Assembly (NCBI GenBank): GCA_036172245.1
Contig: JAYWIR010000001.1
Coordinates: forward strand, 2,852,001 to 2,916,000
Direction of reading: 5' to 3'
Length of the DNA stretch: 64,000 nucleotides
DNA from: Raillietiella orientalis
Taxonomy: Eukaryota
The translations under genes were made by a program, and so were the position numbers. The notes beneath the pieces were generated by a model. It saw only the letters and a list, made by a program, of their open reading frames with translations, was not told where the DNA came from and searched no databases. Shown here in pieces: positions 40,701 through 52,137 of the stretch; position 1 is the stretch's first letter, and each line of letters starts with the position of its first letter.

Positions 40701-40878
40701 CCTCGACCCAGAGGACGACGAGGAGTGTTTGTACGATGACGTTTTCTACGATCCAGCTCCTCAGAAGAAAGAGGAGCTTTACGGAAAACCGTATTTCAGT
40801 AAACCTCGCGTGACTGGTCCAGGACTACTATCAGAGGTCATCAGCGAATTACATGCGTCGGGAATGAAAATGTCGTGA
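31797..40878 (+). CDS. Meltrin: ADAM metalloprotease-disintegrin, Meltrin/ADAM12-like (prodomain, catalytic, disintegrin, Cys-rich, EGF, TM, cytoplasmic tail); 5' signal-peptide exon not identified
   Basis: GT-AG exons with consistent phases: 31797-31879, 32161-32237, 32290-32445, 32501-32613, 35171-35205 (alt donor 35196), 35257-35460, 35506-35675, 35731-35943, 35995-36301, 36559-36699, 36746-36918, 37401-37602, 38567-38747, 38995-39124, 40245 (alt 40200)-40878. Motifs: furin site [15 protein letters not shown]; zinc motif [11 protein letters not shown] (35858-35890) with CLM Met-turn; disintegrin [15 protein letters not shown] and [28 protein letters not shown]; hydrophobic TM; Pro-rich tail. 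The family call is strong; orthology and the last exon are less certain. Confidence 0.9.
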
Positions 40879-41868
40879 CGCTGACCTTCGCACGTGGGTT
40901 GTTGTAAAGATTTCCGTCACAAAGAGTTTTCGCTCTGCACTTTGCCGCCGGCTAGTGTTTACCATGTGCATCCTCAGGTTTTCATCAGAGGTGAAGGAAA
41001 CAGGAATCAAGAGAAATCAAGGAAACAGGAATTTCAGCCGTTTTCAGAGACGGCTCCGTTGGAAAATACAGGTGATTTAATATGAATCGCTGATGTTCAG
41101 TTGCACCCCTAAAGTTGACGCATAGTTGCTGAGAGAACTCCTCGCGGTAAGTAAAGCGAGTTTGTTGGCAAGCAAGACGATGGCGAAACCCGCACGTTGT
41201 AGTGCCGACTTACCCCTGTCCGGGCTCCACTTTCGGGAACTAAATCCTTGCAAGAGGACTTCTGTGTGTAGGGTTTTCCGGGCTTGGTAGTGGTTGTGGC
41301 TCGCCGGTGCAAGTTCTCGTGCAGCGGTCTCCGGAAGCTTCGATTCGGACCCATTAACATTTGGTGGTGAACTTTCTCATCCTTTGGCAAGCCTGTCCTT
41401 CTACGGTGGTTCATTCGGATAGGTCTTGAAGCTTTCCTCATTCTTCCGGGATGCACCCGAAGCACAATTCATTTTGTGTGTGCGTTCTGAGATGCGATCT
41501 CATCGTAAAAATAGGGACCTTCGGAAACCAAGTACCGACGACCGAGTATCTCTCTCGGGTTCATGCCCGGAAGCCAAGTAAAAATGGAGGAAGCGGGAGT
41601 GAACGTTTGTTCGCCTTCGAAAGATGTTTGCGAGAAAAACACCTTCCAAGGCGGCTGCAGCTTCATCGCCTACTGCCTCTGCTCATTTTTTTTCGCCGTG
41701 TAAAAAAATTTCACTTTGAGACGGAGAGGTGTCGTAGGACTTTTTTTCGTGACGTCGATTTTTGTGATGTACGCTTTGCATTGAAAGCGTCAAAAGGAAT
41801 GTTCATAAATATAGTGTTTGTGTCGTCAAGAGATACAAGAGAGAAAGTTGGTAGTTTTTCACGTGTAG

Positions 41869-41874
<6 letters not shown>

Positions 41875-41923
<49 letters not shown>
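41875..41923. repeat. (TG)n microsatellite
   Basis: Uninterrupted TG run. Confidence 0.95.
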
Positions 41924-41925
<2 letters not shown>

Positions 41926-43779
41926 CATGGTTCTGGGACAAGTACGTTCTCGTTTTCATAGGGATGTCTAGACTCGGCAAAAGGGGACGTGTTTTCATCA
42001 TGGAACCCTTTACGAGCTCCCAAACCTCCACGTTCGACCTTCGGCATCTGGGGAAAAAAAAAAAAAAAAAAAAAAAAGGATTCAACGCAAACCACCTGAA
42101 CGGAGTGCTCTTTCTTTGCAAGACGGCGAGTGCAAGAAAAGTACCGTTTACTCATTTCACGCCGAGTAAACAAGAAATCACTTTGATTCTTCTGTCAGCC
42201 CAGGTGAATCCGATGTTTCATGTGAATCCGAGAGGCGTAATTTGCCTGTATCTTTCATTGTATCTTGTGCGGTGTCTTTCCCGAGCTGGCCGTGGTAGGA
42301 ATGGGCACGGAAGCCTCTATGAAAAAGATAGAAGAACGGATTCCTTTTGCCGGATAACAACTAACATTCACGAAACACAGACAAAGCAATTATAGAGGAG
42401 AAGCACAGGGATTCGGGCTAAATAAAACTTTAATGATGATGTTTCTCAGTAGCATCACGTCTCAGATTTACTGGGTTCTCCCGTTCGTAATTTAATAAGT
42501 AAATGCATTATTTGTACCAAAGGCATAAAGGTCAACCTTTTTTTTATAGCTGCGGAAATATCTATGAAAGTAATAAGAAGCAATTTAAATTTTCGCATGT
42601 GTATATGGCTTTCATTATGCTCTTTTGTCATGTATACTCCAATAAAAAAATCCATTCAGCGAAATGATGCGAAATTTGGATTTGTTGATTTTACCGTACG
42701 GCTGAGTGGCGGTGTACCTTAATTTCGTATTTGTCTGTCTTGTGCAAACTTCTTTACATGAGACAGAATTCGAATGAATTCGCATTGGCAGAGCTGTGAA
42801 GATTCCCGTCCGTGAGTTTGTCCCTATGTTCACAATGGGCGGTGGTCATTTCCGGGAAAACCTGTTCGCATCGACATGTAGTTCCGAACACTACATGCAT
42901 GTTTTTTTTCAAAGCATGTTACTTTATAAAAGGATGTTTTTTCGATAATAACACAAGTAGTATAAAGTTCATCTGGGCAATGAATTTAGTCCTAAGTGAA
43001 AGTGTCAGTCTTGAAATCAATGGACTGTAGCTGCAAGTTCGAAGGCTTGCTGTCTCTTGCAAGAAAAAAGTACTGCAGTTCCATACTAGTCTTATTAAGT
43101 ATTGCAAACCTAGTTTCCAATTCTTCTGGAAGCTTTTGAGGTTTCTTCCCATATTTAACACTGGATGTCGGGTCCACTGATTGCAAGAGGAAGAAACGGA
43201 TCCAGTCGTGTTCCGAAATCCCCCCCCCCCCTCCTTATTTGGAATTTCGTCCGCAAGGTGGTAATAGTGCGGTGGACTCGGTCGGTCAACTACGTGGAAC
43301 CCTGGAGTGTAATATATAGCGCTGTTAAATAGGCGCTGATAGTTGCAATAAATTCTGGGTCACATAGCTGGCTGATCGTTCACTTCGATTTCAGGACCTG
43401 TTTACCTCTCATATCCATAAACACATTCGTTTCTCCTTTCCCAGAAACGCTTTGACATTTTACAGTTACCGACATTTTACAGGAAATACTTGTACTCTGC
43501 TTCTGATTCAAATAAAAATTGCCTAAACTCATACGGTCTAGAGAGCTTTTTTCTAAAGAAACTTACACGTGTATTTAGAAAATTACATTACTGCATGAAT
43601 AGTTAAGCCCTGAGCGTAAAACATTTTCTGATGATGGTGCAGTGGTAAGACAGTGAGCTTAACAGATTCAGACCCCTTAATTTAGTTTCCCATTCAGTAA
43701 CTTTACGTGATTATCGCTTTTATCCACCTGCTGACCGAATTCTCGTTGGGGAAGATCAGCAGAAGCAGCGCAGTACCAA

Positions 43780-44605
43780 GTAAGGATGGTCTGCCTTGCC
43801 ATAGAGCTATGCTCCCTGATGCGGAAACTGACCTGGCTGATCCGTGAGGAAGGTTGGTTGCTCACGTCTTCCTGATTCAGAGAGAGTGCGTCTGCTCCAG
43901 TCTAATTCTGTTCCTCGGCGGAGCATGGAAGCCAATCTGTTACTAGCACAGACCAGGTTTAGGTTCAGCAGTTGTCGAGGAGGACCGCTAGTCCAGACAG
44001 ACCCATTGCGTCCAGGGAAAAAGAACTACTAGCAGGTGGAAGCCGCAGATGCTCTGGCGATCGCGATCATGCTGCGCAAAGCGTTCGCTGAGTAAACTAG
44101 GATTCCCAGACCTCCTCTCTCACCTTGCTGATGCACTCGTGCTCGCTCTGTGGCTACGCACTAACAAACAGCCGCCGTCACGTGTACACCTTGCCAGTGT
44201 TAAGCTGCATCAAGCGGGAGGACGGCCGGAGTCCTATGCTCTTCAGCAACTTCTTCGAGTTGGCGCTAAACGCATACGGGGAAACCCTGGCAATCCTACC
44301 GTCCTCCTGCTCCTGTACTTCGGCCATGTCGGCTCACGCCAATGCCCTCGTTCTGCTACGTATGCCCACCCCGGAGGCATCCCTCGAGGAATTCCTCGAG
44401 CTGAAGGAAGCTCACTCCCCGCACATGAGCGTGAACAGGACGAAGTCGAAGGTTCTTGTCGATGCGGCAAGGGTAGGATAGCTGGACTGATCCTGGGGAT
44501 CTTCGCTAGCAGTTTAGTAGAATACCTTGGTATGCTCTTGGGAAATTCTGCCCCGCGGAAGTCTGGTCCGGCTTACTCCAGAGGGTTTTTCATCTGGTCG
44601 TGCTA
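43780..44605 (+). mobile_element. Heavily degraded RT fragment of the same LINE group
   Basis: QSNSVPRRSMEANL, SPMLF..LELAL, SAHANALVLL (decayed YADD), VNRTKSKV and EYLG are collinear with the RT at 46.4-47.2 kb. Confidence 0.7.
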
Positions 44606-47600
44606 GGAGTTGATTTGATTTATAAAAGGGAATGCATACAAAATTAAGTAACACACAACCACAAACACACACACACAAAGTTCAACTGGAGGGATTCGCT
44701 GACTCTCATGTCAGCTCCAGAACTGTTCAGAGCAATCGCGGGGTAAGAGACAGCGAATAAAGAAATAAATTTTTGAAAGGAAGGAGGATGGGGAACGCCA
44801 GATATGCTGGTCCACTCTCGGAACCTCCTCTAGATGCTCGCGATCCCCGTGGAGACTTCGTTTTCCAGCTGGACAGCCTGCAAGATGAAGGAGACTGCAA
44901 TGTGAATGGCCTCCTATTAGATCGTGGGGTCTGCTGGGAAGCCGATGCGCAGACCGGCTTGACTCTTCTCGGCAGCGGTGGGGATGGGGGAGAAAACAAA
45001 TATAAAAATAAAAAGGAAAACAAAAAAAAGAAACACTTGGGTGGGCCGGGAAGGGATCACTGTCCTCTAGAGAAAGAGACCATGCATTCCAGGATGCCCT
45101 CGAGGTCCCTCTGCATAGCTCCCAGATGGGACATCCGATCGCGATTCGCAGGTAGCGACCCGCGTGTACGATGGAGTCCCCCTCCCTATCTCTGCTTCCT
45201 CTGTTGGCTGCGCTCCACGCAGCCACAATCCCTCGTAGGCAGCAGAGCGCTGCCAGGGTTGAGGCTGGTTGCAGGGCGTCTTGCACGAAGAGGAGTCGCA
45301 CAAGGTCTCTGGGGGGACTGCCGACCGGCATCCAGAGGGTCGTAGCAAAACGTTCCCGCAAGGGCCAGAGGGCAGCGCAGTCCACTAACAGATGGGGGAG
45401 GGATTCCTTCTCCCCGCACACTGCACACTTCTGTCCCACCTTCTCCAACGTCCAGTAGTGGTGGCGTGCGTAGCAGGGAAGACCCCAGTGCAACAGCAGC
45501 AGCGCCGATTCCTGCCACTTGAGGGGGAGGGTGGACGTACCTGTAAATACCGGGGGCCACTTTAGGTCATCCAGCGGGATGCCCAGCAGCTCGCCCCATC
45601 TCCGAATTCCTCGCTGGAGGACGCTCGAGGTCGCTCAGTTCCCTCGTGGTCTAGCTGCTCATCATTTGCTCCCTGCCCGCTATCCGGCAGGAGACTTGCC
45701 ACCTGGGCGTTCGGCTGCTGCAGAGCGCCCTCCTCAGGAAAAGCAGCGCCGTGGACAGTGGGGTCGTCTCCGCCCACGTGCTTCTGGAGGAACACTCGAG
45801 CATGTTCCGCAGCGTGCAGCGGGTGTAGATGCCGGGTCGCAGGCGGTTCCAGGATTCTCCGCTAGGCTTGTTTAACTTCGCCCACGTGCCTACTGTTTCT
45901 TCCAGCCATGCGCTGGAGTTGGCGGGGCTGCAGGCCATCCATCTGTTCTCCTTTGCCAGAGTGGCCATGCGTCCGAGGAGAAGGCCGCATCTTCTTATTT
46001 TCCGGCCGGAGCACAGAAGAAAAGACGCGAGTCCTTCAGTCCCGGACACACTTCTGGCGAGAAGGCGGTCCGAAACGCACCAAGGGGTGCTCCACATCTT
46101 CGCCGCGATGGCTAGGGTACGCCACCGCAGCTGTGTTTCCACGTGCTCCATCGTCAGGACGCTAAGACCTCCGTCCCGACGTGGAGCGCACAAGTCCTTT
46201 AGAGACACTTGGAGTCTCCTTTTGCCCCAAAGGACGATGCGGAGAAGGTCCTTGGTCCTCTTCTTCACTACGACGGGGACGGGGAAAATAAAAAGTAGGG
46301 GGGCGCAGAATGGGAGCCGCAAACGCGTTCCATACTGCGGCCCGTTCCGGGAACTTGCCCTCCAGGAACGGGCCGATCGCCAACTCCACTTTCTGGAGAC
46401 GACTTCACCAGGCTTCTGACTGGCAGAAGTCCCCCAACGGAATGCCGAAGTACTTTAAGTACCTCTCCGTGGGGATCCCCAGGCGGATCCAGTCAGGTCG
46501 TCCTGCCCACGTTGCACCAACCGCTACCAGCGGCGACTTCATCCTGTTCACCCGTAGTCCTGTCCCACGGCTCAGCAAGTCGAAGAAATCCTCGACTTCC
46601 GAAGCCGGGGCGGAAATGGGCGGCAGGAGCAGAAGATCGTCAGCATACGCTGACACGGCCGGCGTACCGGGGCACGAGCTCGGCAGGGCAGCCAATGTCA
46701 CCCTGTATGCACCAGTTCCAAATAGGTACTAAAGAGCAGGGACTCAGGCTGTCGCCCTGCCGAATGCCGCGCCTTACCGGCACGCCGAACACGTTTTGTC
46801 CTCTGAAAGGAACGGTGATTATCGAATTGCGCCAGCAGGAGCGCAGGTAGGCCGTTAAGGCGGCCAGGAAGCCCATGCGATCCAGGAGCTCCAGAAGGAG
46901 TTCCTAGTCCACGCAATCGAACGCTTTATGCAGATCGACTGCGATCTCTAGAGCCTCCTTCCCTCCCCGGTCGTCCCTTACTTGCCCCGCTGGCGCCCCC
47001 AAATCAGGGTTGCCGACATTCCTTCTTTCCTTCTTTTCTTCGCGTTGCACATGGAACCATGTGCTGGCGAAGAACAGGTTCGCTTCCATGCTTCGCCCGG
47101 GAACAGCGTAAGTCTGTTCCTGGCTGACGAAGCTGTCCGCTACCTGTCCCAGCCGCGCAGCCCACAGTCCCGTCACCAACTTGGCATCCGTGTTCACAAT
47201 CGTGATTGGACGCCAGTTGCTTAATTTCCTGGGGTCTCCTCCCTTAGGAAGGATCCTCACCCTTGCTTACCGAAACGAGGCGGGAACATCGCCTTCGTTT
47301 CGGATCAGCCGTGTCAACTCGAGCACCAGGGGAGTCAGCTCCGCCGCGAAGCAGTGAAAGAACTCCGCGGACAGGCCATCCTCCCCTGGCGCCTTACGCC
47401 TCTTGAGCCTTTTAATCGCGGTGACAATCTCACCGGTCACAAAAGACTCGTCGAGGCTTTCCTTCTCCTCCTCCCCTATGGCTGATGCTTCATCCGGAAG
47501 CAGAAGCCGCAAGGCATCCCACTCCGCAGGTGCTCTGGCGTAGAATAAAATCCCCGTACGAGGCGACGTATCGATGCCGGGTCCGAGTGTTCCCGGTCCA

Positions 47601-48349
47601 GTCGTCCAGCACGCTGGGCAGTCCGGATTGCCAGGCTTGGACGCTCGGGCCCCGGCTATGTACTCGGCCAAGCGACGGACGTTAGGGGTCCTCGCGTAAC
47701 GACGGGCGTGCAAATATGCTCTTTCTTTGAGGGCCCCCTCACCAAATCCCGAGGCAGGCGGTGCAGAGGGAACTTTTAGCAGGACTCGCGGACCGAGACC
47801 TTCATGCGGTCCCAGTCGGCGAGATTCCGGAGGGCGACACCTCTCAGGAATCGGTGGAGATGTTCCGCCGCACCTGACATCCGCATTCAGTCCCCGGGCA
47901 GACGCCACGCTCTGGATGGTGGTCCTTTGTCACGAGGCATAACCTCAAAAATCAACCAGAAATGGTCACATAGCATCGATGAAAGTTTCCCTCGTCTGCC
48001 GACCCATGGGCACAGGTCGGCGTCGAGGAAAACGTGGTAGACGCTTTGGACCATTTCCGAGAGGTTCCCCAACAATTTGCGCGCCCGCATCGCAGCGCAC
48101 AATTCGTTGGCCGCGTCTTTTTGCCCGCAAGGCACACCTGACAGCAGGAGGATGTTGAAATCCCCACCGATCAGATGCACTTTGCGTAAGTTTGTATCCG
48201 CCAGGCAGTCGCGCTTCAGGGTTTCGAGGAACCGGGAACGTTCCCCGTACCCGCATCCTCCGCTCGGAGCGTACACGTTTGTCACGAGAAGGTCGATCGA
48301 GTCGGACCACCTGAGGATCAGCTGTCCAGCCCGACTGTCCTTGTGGAAG

Positions 48350-48427
48350 TTTTCACCCGGTCACGCCGGGGCGTTTATTAAAAAACACTTTACATTTGCG
48401 GTACTAGGCCCCGCTACGGCCAATATT
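48350..48427 (-). mobile_element. 78-bp 3'-terminal LINE fragment with exact 12-bp target-site duplication
   Basis: TCCTTGTGGAAG at 48338-48349 and 48428-48439. The insert aligns with the 3' tails at 27005-27086 and 52690-52762 and ends in the hairpin plus AAAA. Confidence 0.85.
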
Positions 48428-48534
48428 TCCTTGTGGAAGCATACGCCCTTGACGACGCCGTCGACTGCTGGCTTCACAGAAAACGCGACGCCACAGGTGT
48501 TGCAAGCGCCGCATCGCCAATACAACCGACCCCC

Positions 48535-50183
48535 AGGCGGCAGTCGGACTGGATCCGCCTGGGGATCCCGACCACTTCGTCCTTCCAATACTTGGGCGTT
48601 CCGCTGGGGAACGTCAGCCCAGTGGAAGTATGGTCGGACTGCCTTCGGAAGGCTACGAGTGCTCTGAGCCCGTTCCACCATGGCAGGTTCTCCTGTCGGA
48701 GCGGGCTGCGGTATGGAACACCTTCGTTGTCCCCCTCTTGCGCCTCCTGCTTTTTGTTTGTCCGCCCCCCTACTCGGCCAAGCTCCAGGCGCACAGCCTG
48801 TTGAGGAACGCTCTGTGGGGACCTGCGAGGTCCAGGATCCGCCTCAAAGACTTGGCGGCTCCGCGTCGGGATGCCGGTTTAGGCATCCTGACGCTGGAGA
48901 GAATCGAGCTGCAGGTGCAGCTTCGAATGTTGGCCCTGTGCGCCAACCTCTGGTCCACTCCGTGGTGCGCTCCCGCGCGCCTGCTCCTGCGGCGCTGCAC
49001 CGGCAGCGCTGGACTTCTGTCGCTGCGGCCGCATACGGAGCGCGCCACGAGAAGCTTTGGTTTCCCCTTGAAACCGCTCTACCGGATCCTGGCAGCCCAG
49101 GAATGAATCTCCTGCCGCCCAACGAACTTTGAAGCCTGGCGGCAGGAGCCGTTGCATGCCTGGGCAAAGCACGAGGATGTTTCGCTTCTGGAACTCCGTT
49201 GCGCTCACCTCTCCCCGTACTGCACGGTGAATGAGGTGTGCAACAGCCAGGAGAAGTGGACTCGCCTGGCAGTCACGCCCCTCGCCGACGCGCTGTCAGC
49301 CCTCAGGGCAAGGGATGACAGCTGCCAACCGGCGAGATGGGAAGTCGCCTGCATCATCGCAGGAGCAACACGACCCATAGGCGGCTGGAGGACTTGCGAG
49401 CTGGCAGACGCCGCCACGCCTCGCCACATCCCGAAGGAACTCCTTCGGTGGAGTGAACACGTGAGTGTGCCCCCGAAGAACTTGTGGTCCCTCCCTCGTG
49501 TCTGAACACTTCTGTGTTCCCTCTGAACTGGAAGCAGGACGTCATCATGCTGGTGCATTGGGGTTTTCACTCCAACCAGCGGACGAACCGTGTTTCCGGG
49601 GGAGTTGTCTCTCCGAACAGCGGTGCGGGGGAAGTGGAAACGCTCCCGCACCTGCTCCTGGACTGCGGTGCCCTCCAAGGACTTTGGCGGAGGCTGGCCT
49701 CAGCTCTCCTGCACCAGGGGGACGCCGCGAGGGACTTGATGCGCCGCTTCTTCACGCCAGGCGGCCTGTCATTGGGTGCTGTCGTTGCAACCGTTTGTTG
49801 CACCCGCGCCATCGACAAGGCCCACCGAGAGTTGGAGAAGCTGGCCATCCTTCGTCAGCCCACCGGATTAGCCAGCACAAACATGTCGTCGGTTGCCGAG
49901 TGGGCCCACCTACCGGAGAGCGTGAGGAGAGAGATCGCCGGCATCCATCGCCGGTTCTGAAAGGAAGGAACGGCCGAACCAAAGACCCCTGTCCCCTGCC
50001 CTCCATATTTTTATTTTTATTTTTTATACTAGTGTATTTGTGGTCCCCTCCCTCTCGTTCCGGACTTTCCGTATACCGACCTGCGTGTCGGGGATCCCAC
50101 CCCCTTCGTCTCTTGTTTTTCCTTTGTCCAGGAACTCTGTTCCCGGATAGTTTTTAATAAACGCCCCGGCGCACCCGGGTGAT
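48535..50183 (+). mobile_element. 5'-truncated copy of a related LINE subfamily inserted antisense into the host APE gene
   Basis: Encodes DWIRLGIP..YLGVPLG, LSERAAVWNTF and ETLPHLLLDC..EIAGIHRRF*, homologous to the host ORF2 3' half. Ends in AATAAACGCCCCGGCGCACCCGGGTG. Imperfect 15-bp flanking duplication (48520-48534 / 50184-50198, 12/15 identical). Confidence 0.85.
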
Positions 50184-50366
50184 AAACAATCGATCCCCTG
50201 CGATCCTCTCGATCTCCTGGGAGTTCTCCGCGGTGATCTCCTGCAGCAGGGCCAGGTCGAAGTCACGCAGGGTGTCGGCCGTATCCCGTCTGTTGCCGTC
50301 GTCGCGCAGTCCGTTGACGTTCCAGCAGGCTACGCGGATCCGACGGCGACAGGAGAGCCCAGGTGC

Positions 50367-52079
50367 TAGTCCTGGGAAAGTGGCAATGGGGCTCCCGCCA
50401 CCTGGTCGGGCGGGACGCTAGGAGGAGGGGGTGTGTCGCACACCGCTTCTCCCTCCTCCATGGGGGCCGAATCGTCGGCAGGGTCGTGCGGAAGAAGGGG
50501 GGTCTCACCCACCTGCGCTTCCTCCTCTACGGGGACGCCAGCTGCACGGTGTCGGGGAGTGAGAGATTCCCACCCTCGGTTCCGACGCTGCCGGCTTCCC
50601 CCTCGGGTGTCGGTTCAACCCCCTCCTTGTTGGTCCGGATGCGCCTCTTGGGATTCTGGGACTTGCGTCCCGTCTTCTTAGGTGGCGCCTCCGCTGAGGA
50701 GGACGCACTTCCGGCATCCGGATCGGCCTCACCTGCCTCCGGAGCCTTCCTCGCGGCCGGCCTTCGTAAGGCTTTCCGCGAGTTCTTCTCATGGCCTTGC
50801 ACTTCAGCCGCGAGTTCTTCCACCGCCTGCTGGAAGGCGGCCTCCTCGAGCGCGTCGCGCGGCTCCCCCTCTGTTTCCACAGAGGGTTCGCCTTCGACCG
50901 TCGCGGCTTCGTTGGATGCGAGGGGGAAGATTGCTCCCCCGGTGGCGGCATCGAGTGCCTCCACACGCTCTAAAGTCACCGAACACTCGCGGAGTTTTTC
51001 GCTGCACGGTTTTTCACGCTGTGTTTTTTTCTCCGCGTTTCGTTCAGGACTCCCGGGTTTTCTTCGCGGCTGTACCGTCTGCCAGCCATCCCCATCACCA
51101 GCATCGTCGGGAGTTTTCTCAACCCACGTTTTCTGGGAGGGTTTAATGACTGGCTTCTGGCTTTTTACAGCCGTTGCCTGTTTTAAGGCATTCTCTTCTC
51201 CCGCCCGTTTCCCCTTTGTCTTTTTGGCAGCGGGTGGGACCGGGATTTCTCTCTTCGGGCACACCTTACGAATGTGGCCCTTATTTCTACATACGTGGCA
51301 TTGGATGTTAGGGCACCGTTTTTTTAGGTGCCCTGTGGCATCGCAATGGCCACAGTACTTGAGCTTTCCCACGTACCAAACATCGACTTTTTCTTCTCCG
51401 ATGTTTAGTTTGTGGGGAAGCCCACCATTTCCCGGTATTGTGACACGCGCTGCAGCCATCCCACTGAATAGCCTTCCGTACGTTCGGAAGACGTTGGGTT
51501 TGGCCCAAAGCGCGTACACATTCCCATGCTTAGCTAACTCCGCATGGACACCGGTTTTGCCCATGCGGAGTGTCACGCCTGCAAGGTAGACCACGACAGA
51601 TCGGTCCTCCGTCACAGAGAAGACCCTGAGACCGTCCACCGTAATGGGGGTTTTCAGCAAGCGCTGAGCCAGACTTGCATCTTTGCAAGTCAGCTCGACT
51701 CGCTGACCCCACTAAGGACGGAGAGGCCCTCAAGGTCTTCCTCCTCACGTTCAGACGTTGCAGTTCCTTTTCGAAGGAGCGTGCAATCCTTTCATCGAAC
51801 ACGCTGCCTACCTTGTAGATCGGCGACGGCTTGTAGCTGCTGGCCTTGCAGGCAGTCTGCTCCGCAACTGCAGCCGGGGATGGTGCAGCAACGACGACAC
51901 TCCAACTCTTCGCCGCTGGCGAAGAGGGTCGCGAAGGGGCGGTTGCCCCCGATTCCGATGGGGCAGGTGCCCCGGATTCCGTGGGGGCGGATGACCCCAC
52001 TTCCATGGGTGGGGGAGAGCAAGTCGCCTCTTCCCCCCCCCCCAATCTCCATAGCGGTGCTCTCAGGCATTTCTGCCAT
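50367..52079 (-). pseudogene. ORF1 (gag-like, RRM-type region plus two CCHC zinc knuckles) of the L1/Tx1 element
   Basis: ORF track 50527-51660 and 51530-52264 joined by frameshifts; basic then acidic low-complexity tail ending at TAG ~50367. Confidence 0.8.
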
Positions 52080-52137
52080 GGGACACCTGCGATCCCACAC
52101 ACCACACAAAACCCACAAAAAGCTTCCCACCAACCAG

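Larger units (their letters stand above)
45060..50345 (-). pseudogene. ORF2 (AP endonuclease, reverse transcriptase, CCHC finger), interrupted by two nested insertions
   Basis: APE N-terminus 50345-50185; middle piece GGRLYW..GVAFSV..CFHK 48534-48428; remainder 48349-47890; RT core ~47460-46400; C-terminal zinc-finger region ~45500-45060. Confidence 0.85.
44930..52130 (-). mobile_element. Near full-length, decayed L1/Tx1-type non-LTR retrotransposon (ORF1 + APE-RT-zf ORF2) with nested insertions
   Basis: ORF1 runs from ATG ~52079 (frameshifted) with two CCHC knuckles (CGHCDATGHLKKRC, CHVCRNKGHIRKVC). APE motifs: ACWNVNGL, LLQE, NVYAP, GGDFN, CDH. RT motifs: KAPGEDG, NWRPI, DLHKAFD, GIRQGDSLSP, YADD. 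C-terminal CAVC..H....C finger. Several stops and frameshifts; the 3' UTR is cut at ~44930. Confidence 0.9.

Noticed and set aside
48350..50183. Apparent terminal inverted repeats suggesting a DNA transposon carrying an RT fragment
   Set aside because: Each 'TIR' is the LINE 3' terminus of a separate, oppositely oriented insertion with its own flanking duplication, and host APE sequence lies between them.
50363..51589. 408-aa plus-strand ORF
   Set aside because: It is the antisense shadow of LINE ORF1, with no recognisable domain.
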